Shown: piece by piece, positions 1 to 9,137 of the stretch
How positions within the stretch are numbered: the first letter of the stretch is position 1
Layout: every line of letters starts with the position of its first letter
Assembly (NCBI GenBank): GCA_963717255.1
Contig: CAVQVT010000013.1
Span: 96,760 to 160,759 of the forward strand
Reading direction: 5' to 3'
DNA: 64,000 nt
From: an uncultured Chloroflexia bacterium
Lineage (GTDB): Bacteria > Chloroflexota > Limnocylindria > Limnocylindrales > CSP1-4
Notes under the pieces: generated by a model
Databases searched by the model: none
What the model saw: the letters and a program-made list of their open reading frames with translations, nothing else
What the model was told of the DNA's origin: nothing
Translations under genes and position numbers: made by a program

Positions 1-930
1 GCCTCCGGCCTGCCGATCGCCGGGCCGCCGAAGGCCGCCCCGGCCTCCCCGGGCCGCCAGGTGGCAGGAGGAGGGCGGGCCTCCCGGGCCCGCAAGGCGC
101 CGGCACCGTCGGGGCTCCCGGGCGACGGCGTCCTGCACGTCCTCGACCACGAGCGGGCGAGCGAGGTGGTGGCGACGGCGACCCACGTCGGGGTCGGCAC
201 CTGCTACTGCCGCCACAAGGCCGGGCACGTCGGGAAGGCGTGCGCCGCGCCGATGGAGATCTGCATGACGTTCGGCGGGACCGCCGACGCGCTCATCAGG
301 CACGGATACGCCCGCCGGGTGGACGTGGCGGAGGGGATGGACCTCCTGGTCGAGGCGTACGGCAACGGCCTCGTCCAGTTCGGCGAGAACGTGCAGAAGG
401 ACGTGAACTTCATCTGCAACTGCTGCGGCTGCTGCTGCGAGGCGATGATCGCCCAGCGCCGTTTCGGCTCCATGCACCCGATCCACACGACGAGCTTCAT
501 CGCGGCGGTGGACGGCCCGCTGTGCAACGGCTGTGGGAAGTGCGTGGACGCCTGCCCGGTGGCGGCGATGACCCTGGTCTCGGCGAACGACCCGGCGAAG
601 CCACGGAAGCGACGCGCCGAGCTCGTGGACGACCTCTGCCTGGGCTGCGGCGTCTGCACGCGCGTCTGCCCGACGGACGGGCTCGCGCTCGCCGCCCGAC
701 CCGCCCGCGTGGTCACGCCCGTGGACACGCTCCACCGCACGGTCCTCATGGCGATCGAGCGCGGGAGGCTCCAGGACTGCATCTTCGACAACCGCGCTTT
801 GGCCAGCCACCGCGCCATGGCGGCGATCCTGGGCGTCATCCTCCGCCTGCCCCCGACGAAGCAGCTGCTCGCGACCGAGCAGATGCGGTCGCGCTACCTG
901 GTCTCGATCCTGCAGCACGTGAGCCCGTAG
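1..930 (+). CDS. 4Fe-4S dicluster (ferredoxin-domain) protein, 5'-truncated by the window edge
   Basis: Frame is open from base 1. Motifs CYCRH, EICM, ICNCCGCCC, CNGCGKCVDACP and CLGCGVCTRVCP. Confidence 0.85.
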   Translation, partial: ASGLPIAGPPKAAPASPGRQVAGGGRASRARKAPAPSGLPGDGVLHVLDHERASEVVATATHVGVGTCYCRHKAGHVGKACAAPMEICMTFGGTADALIRHGYARRVDVAEGMDLLVEAYGNGLVQFGENVQKDVNFICNCCGCCCEAMIAQRRFGSMHPIHTTSFIAAVDGPLCNGCGKCVDACPVAAMTLVSANDPAKPRKRRAELVDDLCLGCGVCTRVCPTDGLALAARPARVVTPVDTLHRTVLMAIERGRLQDCIFDNRALASHRAMAAILGVILRLPPTKQLLATEQMRSRYLVSILQHVSP

Positions 931-970
931 CAGGCCGGGCCTGAGGGCCGGGCGCCGGGGCCACCGCCCG

Positions 971-1040
971 GGGCCGGGTCTGGCCGACCCTCGCGGGCCG
1001 GGTCTGGCCGACCCTCGCGGGCCGGGTCTGGCCGACCCTC
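971..1040. repeat. 24-bp tandem repeat x3 with internal palindrome (GGGTC-N5-GACCC)
   Basis: gggccgggtctggccgaccctcgc at 971, 995 and 1019; no unique spacers. Confidence 0.9.
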
Positions 1041-1218
1041 ACGGGGCGCATCTGACTGCCACGCACGATTCCGGGGGTCTCACGGTCGCGGCCACGCCCC
1101 CGACACATGGCTTCGACCCTCGAGGAGGGTCCATCCGCCATCGAGGCGTCGGATCCTGGCGCTGGGGGCGGAGGAGCGACCGCGCGAGCCAGGATCCCAT
1201 GCCTGTCAGTCATGCGCA

Positions 1219-1279
1219 CACGCCCGGCCGACCGGCCCCACGCCCAGCCGACCGGCCCCACGCCCGGCCGACCGGCCCC
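1219..1279. repeat. 20-bp tandem repeat x3
   Basis: cacgccc(g/a)gccgaccggccc at 1219, 1239 and 1259. Confidence 0.9.
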
Positions 1280-1312
1280 GTCGACGGGGCCGCATCGGTC
1301 CGCCACGCGACG

Positions 1313-1331
1313 CACACATCTCCCACACATC
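1313..1331 (+). promoter_or_regulatory. Putative OmpR-family binding site (direct repeat CACACATC, 11-bp period)
   Basis: cacacatc at 1313 and 1324, about 70 bp upstream of the gene preceding the response regulator/kinase pair. Confidence 0.5.
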
Positions 1332-1399
1332 CCGGCCCGAGGCTGTGCTCCATCGGACAGAAGCCCGGACGATCCGGGCCCGTGATGGAGACACAGCAC

Positions 1400-1867
1400 A
1401 TGCTTCGCGGACTCTTCGGGGTCTTCCTCCTCGGCGCGACCGCCCTCGTCGGCGGCCTCATCGGGTACCAGGCCGGCGCCGCGTCGAGCGCCGCCGCGGC
1501 CGGCGCCACCGTCGTCGTGACGGGCGGCTTCCCGGGGCTCGGGTTCCTCTTCTTCCTCCTGTTCGTCGGGTTCGTCTTCTTCGCGATCGCGGGGATGCGC
1601 CGACGCGGTCCGTGGGGTCCCGGGGCGATGGCCCACGGCCACGGCGGCTCGGGTGCGGGCGGGCGCGGCCCGTGGCGCGGCCCGTGGGGCGGCCCCGGCG
1701 GCCCAGGCGGCCCTGATGGCACTGATGGCTCCGGCTCCTCCGACGACCCGCCCCGGCGGTGGGTCGCCGAGATGCACCGCCAGCTCCACGCCGAGGACGC
1801 GGCGGCCGGCCCGATGCCGAGCCCGGCGGCTCCCGCGGCCCCCGCCGGAGAGCCCGCGGCGAGCTGA
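1400..1867 (+). CDS. Small membrane protein with two hydrophobic segments and a Gly/Trp-rich tail
   Basis: GGAG at 1387 before ATG 1400; two TM-like segments; C-terminal WVAEMHRQLH. Confidence 0.75.
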   Translation: MLRGLFGVFLLGATALVGGLIGYQAGAASSAAAAGATVVVTGGFPGLGFLFFLLFVGFVFFAIAGMRRRGPWGPGAMAHGHGGSGAGGRGPWRGPWGGPGGPGGPDGTDGSGSSDDPPRRWVAEMHRQLHAEDAAAGPMPSPAAPAAPAGEPAAS

Positions 1868-2022
1868 CGGACGGACTGCGCGGCGCCCGGCCGACGGGGA
1901 CGGCCGCCGTCGGCGCCGCATCGGCCGCGGCCGCTCCCTCGCGGGCCCGGCCCGGCCACCCCCCTCCCCTCCGCGATGCCGGGCGAGTATCCTCGCCCGG
2001 CATCGCCACCAGATGGAGCCCC

Positions 2023-2709
2023 ATGCGCACCGTCCTCGTCGTGGAGGACGAGCCGCGGATCGCGTCGCTCGTCCGCGAGTACCTGGAGAACGCCGGGTTC
2101 GCCGTCCTCGTCGCCTCCGACGGCCGCGCCGGGCTCACGCTCGCGCGTGCGCGCCGACCCGACGCGGTCGTCCTGGACCTGGGCCTGCCGGGGATGGACG
2201 GCCTCGACGTGATCCGCGACCTGCGCCGCGACTCGACGGTCCCCGTCGTCGTACTCACCGCTCGCGGGGACGAGTCCGACCGGATCGCGGGGCTGGAGCT
2301 CGGCGCCGACGATTACGTGGTGAAGCCCTTCAGCCCGAAGGAGCTCGTCGCGCGCGTCCGTGCCGTCCTCCGCAGGTCGGAAGCCGCCGTCCGGCCGACC
2401 GACCGGGTGACGGTCGGAGACCTGGAGGTGGACGCCGCGCGGCACCGGGTCGCCGTCGCGGGCCGGGTCGTCGCCCTGACGCCGACCGAGTTCGAGATCC
2501 TCGCCACGCTCGCCCGCGAGCCGGGGCGCGTCTTCACGCGCGGCCAGCTTCTCGACGCCGTCCACGGGTTCAGCCTCGAGACGTACGAGCGGGCCATCGA
2601 CGGCCACGTGAAGAACCTGCGGCGGAAGATCGAGCCGGACCCGGGTGCCCCGACGTACGTCCTCACTGTCCACGGCGTGGGGTACGCCCTCGCCGAGCCG
2701 GCGCCGTGA
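2023..2709 (+). CDS. OmpR/PhoB-family response regulator
   Basis: VLVVEDE, VLDLGLPGMDG, GADDYVVKPF, winged-helix LTPTEFEIL...TVHGVGY; start inferred from GGAG RBS. Confidence 0.95.
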   Translation: MRTVLVVEDEPRIASLVREYLENAGFAVLVASDGRAGLTLARARRPDAVVLDLGLPGMDGLDVIRDLRRDSTVPVVVLTARGDESDRIAGLELGADDYVVKPFSPKELVARVRAVLRRSEAAVRPTDRVTVGDLEVDAARHRVAVAGRVVALTPTEFEILATLAREPGRVFTRGQLLDAVHGFSLETYERAIDGHVKNLRRKIEPDPGAPTYVLTVHGVGYALAEPAP

Positions 2710-3830
2710 GGGGGCCCGGCGGACCGGGTGCGCGCCCGCCGGTCGGGGGAGCAGGCGCACCCACGGTCGGCCACGGTCGCCGGCGTCGCCGCGGCGGTGG
2801 TGCGTGGCGCGGGCCGCGCCACTTCGCCGGGTTCCTCGGGTGTGCGCTCCTGGGCCTCGTCCTGTTCGTCGCGTTCGTCACCGTGGTCGCGTCCTGGGTC
2901 GCCGCCACCGTGCTCGGGGTCGTCGCGCCCGGCACCGGAGCATCCGCCCCGACCGCGCTCGCGGTCGTCGTGGTCCTCCTCGTCGCGGTCGCCGTCGTCG
3001 GCGCCATGCTGGGCCGTGCCGTCCGCCCCCTGGCGTCGATCGCAGGAGCCGCCGAGCGCCTGGCCGACGGGGACCCGGGCGTGCGTGTCGAGGTCGAAGG
3101 GCCCGGGGCCGTCCGCAGGCTTGCCGTCTCGTTCAACGGGATGGCGGAGCGCCTCGACCGCTCGCGGGCCGACCGACAGGCGCTCCTCGCCGACGTCACC
3201 CACGAGCTGCGCACGCCCCTCCAGGTCATCGCCGGCAGCACCGAGGCGATGCTCGACGGCGTCCATCCGCGGGATGACGCCCACCTCGCCCCGATCCTCG
3301 CCGAGACGCGGGTCATGGACCGACTGCTCGACGACCTCCGGACGCTCTCGCTCGCGGAGGCCGGCGCGCTGCCTCTCCACAAGGAGGAGACGGACCTGCG
3401 ACGGCTGGTCGCCGACGTCGCCGCATCCCATGCCGCCGCGGCACGCGAGGCGGGCCTGACGGTCGCAGCCGATGAGGGCGTGCCGGTCCCGGCGTCGGTC
3501 GACCCGGTCCGGATCCGCGAGGTCGTGGGCAACCTCGTGGTCAACGCGCTCCGTCACACGCCGGGCGGAGGGCGCGTGCGACTGTCGGCGCGGGCGGACG
3601 GTCCGTGGGCCGAGATCGTCGTCGCCGACACCGGCGAGGGGATCGCGCCCGCCGACCTGGACCGCGTCTTCGACCAATTCCAGCGGCGCGCGGACGGCGG
3701 CGGCAGCGGCCTGGGCCTGACGATCGCGCGGGATCTCGTCGCCGCGCACGGGGGGACGATCCGCGCGGAGAGCGACGGCGTGCCGGGGCACGGGACGACC
3801 GTCCGAGTCCGGCTGCCGCGCGGGATCTAG
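2706..3830 (+). CDS. HAMP-domain sensor histidine kinase (BaeS-like)
   Basis: GTGA overlap with the regulator; two TMs, HAMP, ADVTHELRTPL H-box, NLVVNALRH N-box, DTGEGI and GSGLGL G-boxes. Confidence 0.93.
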   Translation: MRGPGGPGARPPVGGAGAPTVGHGRRRRRGGGAWRGPRHFAGFLGCALLGLVLFVAFVTVVASWVAATVLGVVAPGTGASAPTALAVVVVLLVAVAVVGAMLGRAVRPLASIAGAAERLADGDPGVRVEVEGPGAVRRLAVSFNGMAERLDRSRADRQALLADVTHELRTPLQVIAGSTEAMLDGVHPRDDAHLAPILAETRVMDRLLDDLRTLSLAEAGALPLHKEETDLRRLVADVAASHAAAAREAGLTVAADEGVPVPASVDPVRIREVVGNLVVNALRHTPGGGRVRLSARADGPWAEIVVADTGEGIAPADLDRVFDQFQRRADGGGSGLGLTIARDLVAAHGGTIRAESDGVPGHGTTVRVRLPRGI

Positions 3831-3944
3831 GCCGCGGCCACCGGTCGGTGCCGGCCGGCCACCCGCTCCGGTCCGACGCGACGCGCGAACGGCACGACAC
3901 CCGGCCCTGTGCGGACGCGCCGTGCGCGCCCATCCTCCTGTCGC

Positions 3945-4016
3945 ACGGGAGGCGTCGACGCGCGGCCCCCGAAGCGGCCGCCCGGACCGCGCGAGCCACT
4001 GGCGAGACCGACCCGC
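3945..4016 (+). ncRNA. c-di-GMP-II-like riboswitch (GAG-type pocket), copy 1
   Basis: GGA-GGC-GUC-GA-[GCGCGG...CCGCGC]-GA-GCC-ACU-GGCGA-GACCGACC; kink-turn GA/GA; CGCC/GGCG pseudoknot; ends just upstream of the 4039 start; 24-nt identity with 26498-26521. Confidence 0.72.
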
Positions 4017-4038
4017 GCGGGACCCAGAGGATCCGGTC

Positions 4039-4842
4039 ATGGCGCTGCGCAGGCTTCGCGATCGGGGGCCGGTCGTCGCGGTCCTCGCCTGGATGCTCGG
4101 TCTCCTGGCGGCGGGCTGCGTCGCCGGCGCGACCTTCACGCCCCCACCCACGGTGGCACCGTCGAGCGTCGCGGTCGCCTCCAGCGTACCCGCCGACGGC
4201 CCGCCGTCGCTGTCCACCGCGGCCCCGACGACGTCGACCCCGACACCGCTCGAGCCGACTCCTGTGCCGCAGCCCTCGTGCTGGTGCCCGTGCGCCAGCG
4301 CGTCGGCCGCCTACCCGGGGGTCGACATCGCGCGTGTCACGCTTGAGGGCGGCCCGTTCTTCACCCGCGCGACGAACGACCTCGACATCCGTCGGGGCAG
4401 GGGCCTCGTCAGCCCGGCAGAGTCGGTCGTCGACGGCGTCTTCCTCGACCGCTTCCAGCAGTGGGACGAGGGGGCCGTGTGGTGGGAGACGGCACCCGGC
4501 GCGCCCGTCGATTCGCAGTGGATCCGCATCGCGCTCGACGGTGCCTGGACGCTCGAAGGGGCGATCGTGCAGGCCGACGACAACGACACGTACCGGCTCG
4601 CCTACCGGGACATGGCCACGGGAGACTGGATGACGCTCATCACCGTCCAGCCGGAGTACAGCTTCGGGATGGTCACGCGGCCGGACCAGTACGACGACAC
4701 GGCTCGCCTGGACTTCTATCGCACGGTGACGACCGATGCCCTGCAGTTCGAGGCCTATGAGGGGGATGGGATGTACGCGGTCTCGGAGATCCAGGTCTTC
4801 GGGACGCGCGCGGAGGCGAGCACGCCATCGCCCGCGCCGTGA
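4039..4842 (+). CDS. Lipoprotein with Pro/Thr linker and discoidin/F5-8C-like beta-sandwich domain
   Basis: Lipobox LAAGC; QWIRIALDG, QADDND and YAVSEIQVFG resemble discoidin-type carbohydrate-binding folds. Confidence 0.7.
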   Translation: MALRRLRDRGPVVAVLAWMLGLLAAGCVAGATFTPPPTVAPSSVAVASSVPADGPPSLSTAAPTTSTPTPLEPTPVPQPSCWCPCASASAAYPGVDIARVTLEGGPFFTRATNDLDIRRGRGLVSPAESVVDGVFLDRFQQWDEGAVWWETAPGAPVDSQWIRIALDGAWTLEGAIVQADDNDTYRLAYRDMATGDWMTLITVQPEYSFGMVTRPDQYDDTARLDFYRTVTTDALQFEAYEGDGMYAVSEIQVFGTRAEASTPSPAP

Positions 4843-4887
4843 CCGTCGGGCAGCGGGGCGCAGTCGAAGGCATGAAGGGAGGCTGCG

Positions 4888-5388
4888 ATGAAGGCCTGGG
4901 TGATCGTCGTCGCGCTGATCGTCCTGGGCGTGATCGGCGCACTGGCCGGCTACTGGATCGGACACGCCGTCGGGTGGACGACCGACGCGGAGTTCCCACT
5001 GCGGATCGGCGGCGGTGAGCGCGCGATCGGGCTGTCGATCCTCCTGTCGATCGGGGCCGTCATGGCCGGCGCCGGCTGGCTGGTCGCCCGCCCGCTCAGA
5101 CGGACGCGGCACCTGATCGCCGAGGGCGTCGAGGGTCACGCGACCGTGCTGCGCTTCTGGCGGACGGGCCTCACGGCATCCGGTGCGGACGGGAAGCGCC
5201 ACCAGGTCGCGTTCGACCTGGAGATGCACACGGGCGACGGCGTCGACTACCCCGCGAAGGCGCTCGGGATGCTCGACGAGGCCGCCGAGGCGGGCCTGGC
5301 GCCCGGCGGCGAGGTGGTCGTCCGGTACGATCCAGGACATCCGCGATCGGTGGCGGTCGTCGGACCCACAGCACCCGCGGCGCGATAG
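4888..5388 (+). CDS. Membrane protein with OB-like C-terminal domain (DUF3592-like)
   Basis: GGAGG RBS; two TMs; G..G.ATV...V.VRYDP..P motif. Confidence 0.7.
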   Translation: MKAWVIVVALIVLGVIGALAGYWIGHAVGWTTDAEFPLRIGGGERAIGLSILLSIGAVMAGAGWLVARPLRRTRHLIAEGVEGHATVLRFWRTGLTASGADGKRHQVAFDLEMHTGDGVDYPAKALGMLDEAAEAGLAPGGEVVVRYDPGHPRSVAVVGPTAPAAR

Positions 5389-5561
5389 GCGGGCATCGCC
5401 TCACCGACCGACCGGCCCCCGGCCACGCCGTGCGGGCTCACGGGCGGGACGACCCTCCGAGTCCGGCTCCCGCGCGGGGTCCAGGGCGCGCAGGCTCGGG
5501 AGCCCGCCGGCTCGCCGGGCGCCAGCCGGCTCGCCGGGCGCCAGCCGGCGCGCGGTCGCGA

Positions 5562-6215
5562 TCAGGGGGCTGGGAAGGTCATCACCTCGACCATCTTGAG
5601 GACGAGCTCCTCGAGCGCCGCCTCCTCGCCCGGGGCCCCGTACGCGATCACGTCGGCGAACATGTCGTCCCGCGCCTTCACGGTGACGGCGATCAGCTGG
5701 AGCCTGTCGTTCGAGGCACTCATCTTCGCGGCGGGCTTCCCGACGACCGTGATCGCCACGGGCGTCCCGGCAGTCATCGCCTGGCCCTCGATGAGCATCT
5801 TCATGTTGTCGGACAGGTGCACCGCCGGGTCGGTCGTGCCGCCGGGCAGGATCGAGTTCTGGCCGAACTGAACGTACGACTCGCCCGGCCCGACGGTCCC
5901 GCTCAGGACGAGCGAGTCCGCCGTCTTCGCGTTCGTGGCCACGTAGACGATGCCCATGTCCTCCTTGGTCCACCAGCCGGGCGGGTGGACGATGACGCGG
6001 CCATCCGCCGTGGTCAGCTTCTCGGTGGGCTCGGCGACGCCGCCCGCGGGCGCGGCGGAGGAGGCCGGCGCCTTGCTCACGGCAGCCGCCGGGGTGGTGG
6101 CGCTGGGCGCGGCCGCCGTCGTCGCGGCAGAGGACGAGCTCCCGCCGCATCCGGCGAGCGACAGGGCGAACAGGATGGTGGTGGCAACGGCGGCCGGTCG
6201 GCCCGCGAGGTGCAT
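5562..6215 (-). CDS. Hypothetical lipoprotein
   Basis: AGGAGG RBS before ATG 6215; lipobox LAGC; Ala/Ser linker; HPPGW motif. Confidence 0.75.
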   Translation of the reverse strand: MHLAGRPAAVATTILFALSLAGCGGSSSSAATTAAAPSATTPAAAVSKAPASSAAPAGGVAEPTEKLTTADGRVIVHPPGWWTKEDMGIVYVATNAKTADSLVLSGTVGPGESYVQFGQNSILPGGTTDPAVHLSDNMKMLIEGQAMTAGTPVAITVVGKPAAKMSASNDRLQLIAVTVKARDDMFADVIAYGAPGEEAALEELVLKMVEVMTFPAP

Positions 6216-6433
6216 GGCGTCCCTCCTGACGGGGTGGCTCGTCTGGCGCCACGGTACGGGGCGATCCGTCGCGCCCGCCCGCCCGGAACCGCCCGACGGA
6301 CCGTTCCGGGGTGGCATGTCCGAGGCGACCTCCGGCACTTGCGGCACTTCCGTGGACCACGGCCGGGGGTGCATCCTTGTCGCGTCGGCCGGCTGGCCGG
6401 CCGCCGGTGAGCATCGGACCCCGGAGGGCGGAG

Positions 6434-7813
6434 ATGACGGCCCCGAAGCCTTCCGAACCTGACTCCACGACCCGTCTCGGCCCGCTCCGCGTCGGGTTCG
6501 TCTCGACTCGCTTCGCGGGCACCGACGGGGTCTCGCTCGAGACGGCCAAGTGGGCGACGGTTCTCGAGCGGCTCGGCCACACCTGCTTCTACTTCGCCGG
6601 GGAGTGCGATCGACCGGCCGACCGGAGCCACGTCGTGCCCGAGGCGTTCTACCGGCACCCGGAGATCGACGCGGTCAACCGCCTCGCGTTCTCCGCCGGC
6701 CCGCACGAAGAGGTCGCGGCCCGGCCGGCGCGCGACGACCTCGCCCGCTCCCGGCGATGGCCGAACGCTCGTCCGCCCGGCCTCACCGATCGGATCCACG
6801 CGCTTCGGGCGTACCTGAAGGCCGAGCTCGAGACCTTCGTCGGGCGGTATGTCATCGACCTGCTGATCGTCGAGAACGCCAGCTCGATCCCCGTCAACCT
6901 GCCGCTCGGGCTCGCGATCTCCGAGTTCATCGCGGAGACGGGGATCCCGACGATCGCGCACCACCACGACTTCCACTGGGAGCGCCAGCGCTTCTTCGTC
7001 AACTCCGTCCCGGACGTGCTCGCCGCGGCGTTCCCGCCGGCCCATCGGTCGATCCGGCACGTCGTCATCAACTCGCTCCAGGCGGGCGCGCTGGCATGGC
7101 GCCATGGCCTCACGGCCCGCGTCATCCCGAACGTGATGGAGTTCGAGCGAGTGCCCGGGCCGCCGACGACATCGCCCATGGAGCTCCGGCGCGATCTCGC
7201 GATCCCGTCGGGCCACCTCCTCGTCCTGCAGCCGACGCGCGTCATCCCACGCAAAGGGATCGAGCACGCCGTCGAGTTCACGCGCCGCCTTGGCCGGCCC
7301 GCCGTGCTCGTCATCTCCCACGCCGCCGACGACGAAGGGCCGGAGTACGTCGAGCGTGTCCGCGAGTACGCCGCGCTCCTCGGGGTGGATGTCCGGTTCG
7401 AGGACGCGGTGATCGGCGACCGGCCCGGGATGCTGCCCGACGGGCGCCGCGTCCACACGCTCGCGGACGTCTACCCGGCCGCGGACTTCGTGACGTACCC
7501 GTCCGTCTTCGAGGGCTTCGGCAACGCGTTCCTCGAGGCCGTCTACCACCGGCGACCGATCCTCGTGAACAACTACTCGACCTACGAGGTCGACATCCGC
7601 CCCCGCGGGTTCCGCGCCGTCTGGTTCGACGGGTTTATCAGCGAGGCGACGATGGCGCAGGCGCGCCGACTCATCGACGACCCCGCGGAGGCGCGGGCGT
7701 GGGCCGAGCGCAACTACGCGCTCTCGTCCCGCCACTTCTCGTTCACGGTGCTGCAGCGGCATCTCGAAGGCCTGTTGCTCGAGTGCTTCGGCGTGGAAGC
7801 GGCAGCTCCGTGA
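6434..7813 (+). CDS. GT4 glycosyltransferase, mannosylglucosylglycerate synthase (MggS)-like
   Basis: GTDGVSLETAKW, HHHDFHWER, QPTRVIPRKGIE, YPSVFEGFGNAFLEA. Confidence 0.85.
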   Translation: MTAPKPSEPDSTTRLGPLRVGFVSTRFAGTDGVSLETAKWATVLERLGHTCFYFAGECDRPADRSHVVPEAFYRHPEIDAVNRLAFSAGPHEEVAARPARDDLARSRRWPNARPPGLTDRIHALRAYLKAELETFVGRYVIDLLIVENASSIPVNLPLGLAISEFIAETGIPTIAHHHDFHWERQRFFVNSVPDVLAAAFPPAHRSIRHVVINSLQAGALAWRHGLTARVIPNVMEFERVPGPPTTSPMELRRDLAIPSGHLLVLQPTRVIPRKGIEHAVEFTRRLGRPAVLVISHAADDEGPEYVERVREYAALLGVDVRFEDAVIGDRPGMLPDGRRVHTLADVYPAADFVTYPSVFEGFGNAFLEAVYHRRPILVNNYSTYEVDIRPRGFRAVWFDGFISEATMAQARRLIDDPAEARAWAERNYALSSRHFSFTVLQRHLEGLLLECFGVEAAAP

Positions 7814-9075
7814 CGCTGTCGGTCGGCCTGCTCCACTTCACGGCGCCGCCCGTCACGGGCGGCGTCGAGACCGTTCTCGGCCACCACGCCCGCCTGCTGG
7901 CGGACGCCGGCCATCACGTGAGGGTGATCGTGGGCCGAGGGGGCTCGGTCGACCCCCGCGCCGACCTGGTCCGCATCCCGACAGCCGACACCCGGAACGC
8001 GGCGATCTCCGTAATGCAGCGGGCGATCGACCGGGGGCGCGTGCCGCCGGGCTTCGATGCCCTGGTCGCCGCCCTCGCCGGCGACCTGCGACGGGCGACG
8101 GACGACCTCGACGTGGTCATCGCCCACAACGTCTGCAGCATCAACCTGAACGTAGCGCTCACCGCCGCCGTGCAGCGTCTCGCCGACGCCGGCACGGGAC
8201 CGACGTTCGTCGCGTGGAACCACGACGTCGCGGCCGTCTCCGCCCGACTCGGCCCGCGCCTCCACCCGGGGTACCCGTGGGACCTCTTCCGCCGGCCCTG
8301 GCCGGGCGTGGTGCCGGTCGTCGTCTCGGAGGCGCGGCGCGTGGAGCTGGCCGCGGCGACGGGCACGCCGCTGGACGCGATCCGGGTCGTGCCCAACGGC
8401 ATCGACCGTGCGGCGTTCCTCGGGCTGGGCCCGGCGACGCGCCGGCTCATCGACGCGCTCGGTCTCGCGGAGGCGGGTCCGATCCTCCTCGCCCCGGCGC
8501 GGGTGACCCCACGCAAGAACCTCGAGCTCGCGATCGCCGTCGTAGCCGAGATGCGACGCGCCGGCGACGACGCGCGCCTCATCATCACCGGGGCGACGGA
8601 CCCGCACGACCCGGACGGCGCGACGTACCTCGCGGCCCTGCGCCGGCTGATCGCCGCCGAGGGCGTCGCGGACGGTGTCCACCTTCTCGTCGACGGGCCC
8701 GCGGGCTGGCGCTCCGCTCGCGTCGTGGCGGAGCTCTTCCGCGTCGCGGACGCACTCTTCTACCCGAGCCGCGACGAGGGGTTCGGGCTCCCCGTCCTCG
8801 AAGCCGCCGTGTGCCGCCTCCCGGTCGTCTGCGCGGACGTGCCGTCTCTCCGCGAGGTCGGCGGCCCCGACGCGGCCTACCTGGGTGGGGACGGGGACCC
8901 GGCGCGGATCGCCGCCGTCGTCGGGGCGCGCCTGTCCGGGGATCCCGCGTACCGACTCAACGCCCGGGTGCGCGCGACGTACGGATGGTCCGCGGTCTAC
9001 GCGACGCACATCGAGCCGCTGCTCCGCGACGCGGTCGCCGAGAGGATCCGGCCGAGGGCTTCGGACGCCACCTGA
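7810..9075 (+). CDS. GT4 glycosyltransferase (second, translationally coupled)
   Basis: GTGA overlap; PPVTGGVE, WNHD, PARVTPRKNLE, PSRDEGFGLPVLEA. Confidence 0.88.
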   Translation: MTLSVGLLHFTAPPVTGGVETVLGHHARLLADAGHHVRVIVGRGGSVDPRADLVRIPTADTRNAAISVMQRAIDRGRVPPGFDALVAALAGDLRRATDDLDVVIAHNVCSINLNVALTAAVQRLADAGTGPTFVAWNHDVAAVSARLGPRLHPGYPWDLFRRPWPGVVPVVVSEARRVELAAATGTPLDAIRVVPNGIDRAAFLGLGPATRRLIDALGLAEAGPILLAPARVTPRKNLELAIAVVAEMRRAGDDARLIITGATDPHDPDGATYLAALRRLIAAEGVADGVHLLVDGPAGWRSARVVAELFRVADALFYPSRDEGFGLPVLEAAVCRLPVVCADVPSLREVGGPDAAYLGGDGDPARIAAVVGARLSGDPAYRLNARVRATYGWSAVYATHIEPLLRDAVAERIRPRASDAT

Positions 9076-9137
9076 CGGACGGGCGAGGTCGGCGCCGCCC
9101 ACGGGGGCGCGGCCTCTCCCGCACCCCCGGCCGGTTC

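Noticed and set aside
971-1279. Possible CRISPR array
   Set aside because: Units are head-to-tail with no unique spacers, and there are no cas genes.
1107-1385. Short ORF upstream of the membrane protein gene
   Set aside because: Runs through tandem repeats and the putative promoter; no RBS or protein-like composition.
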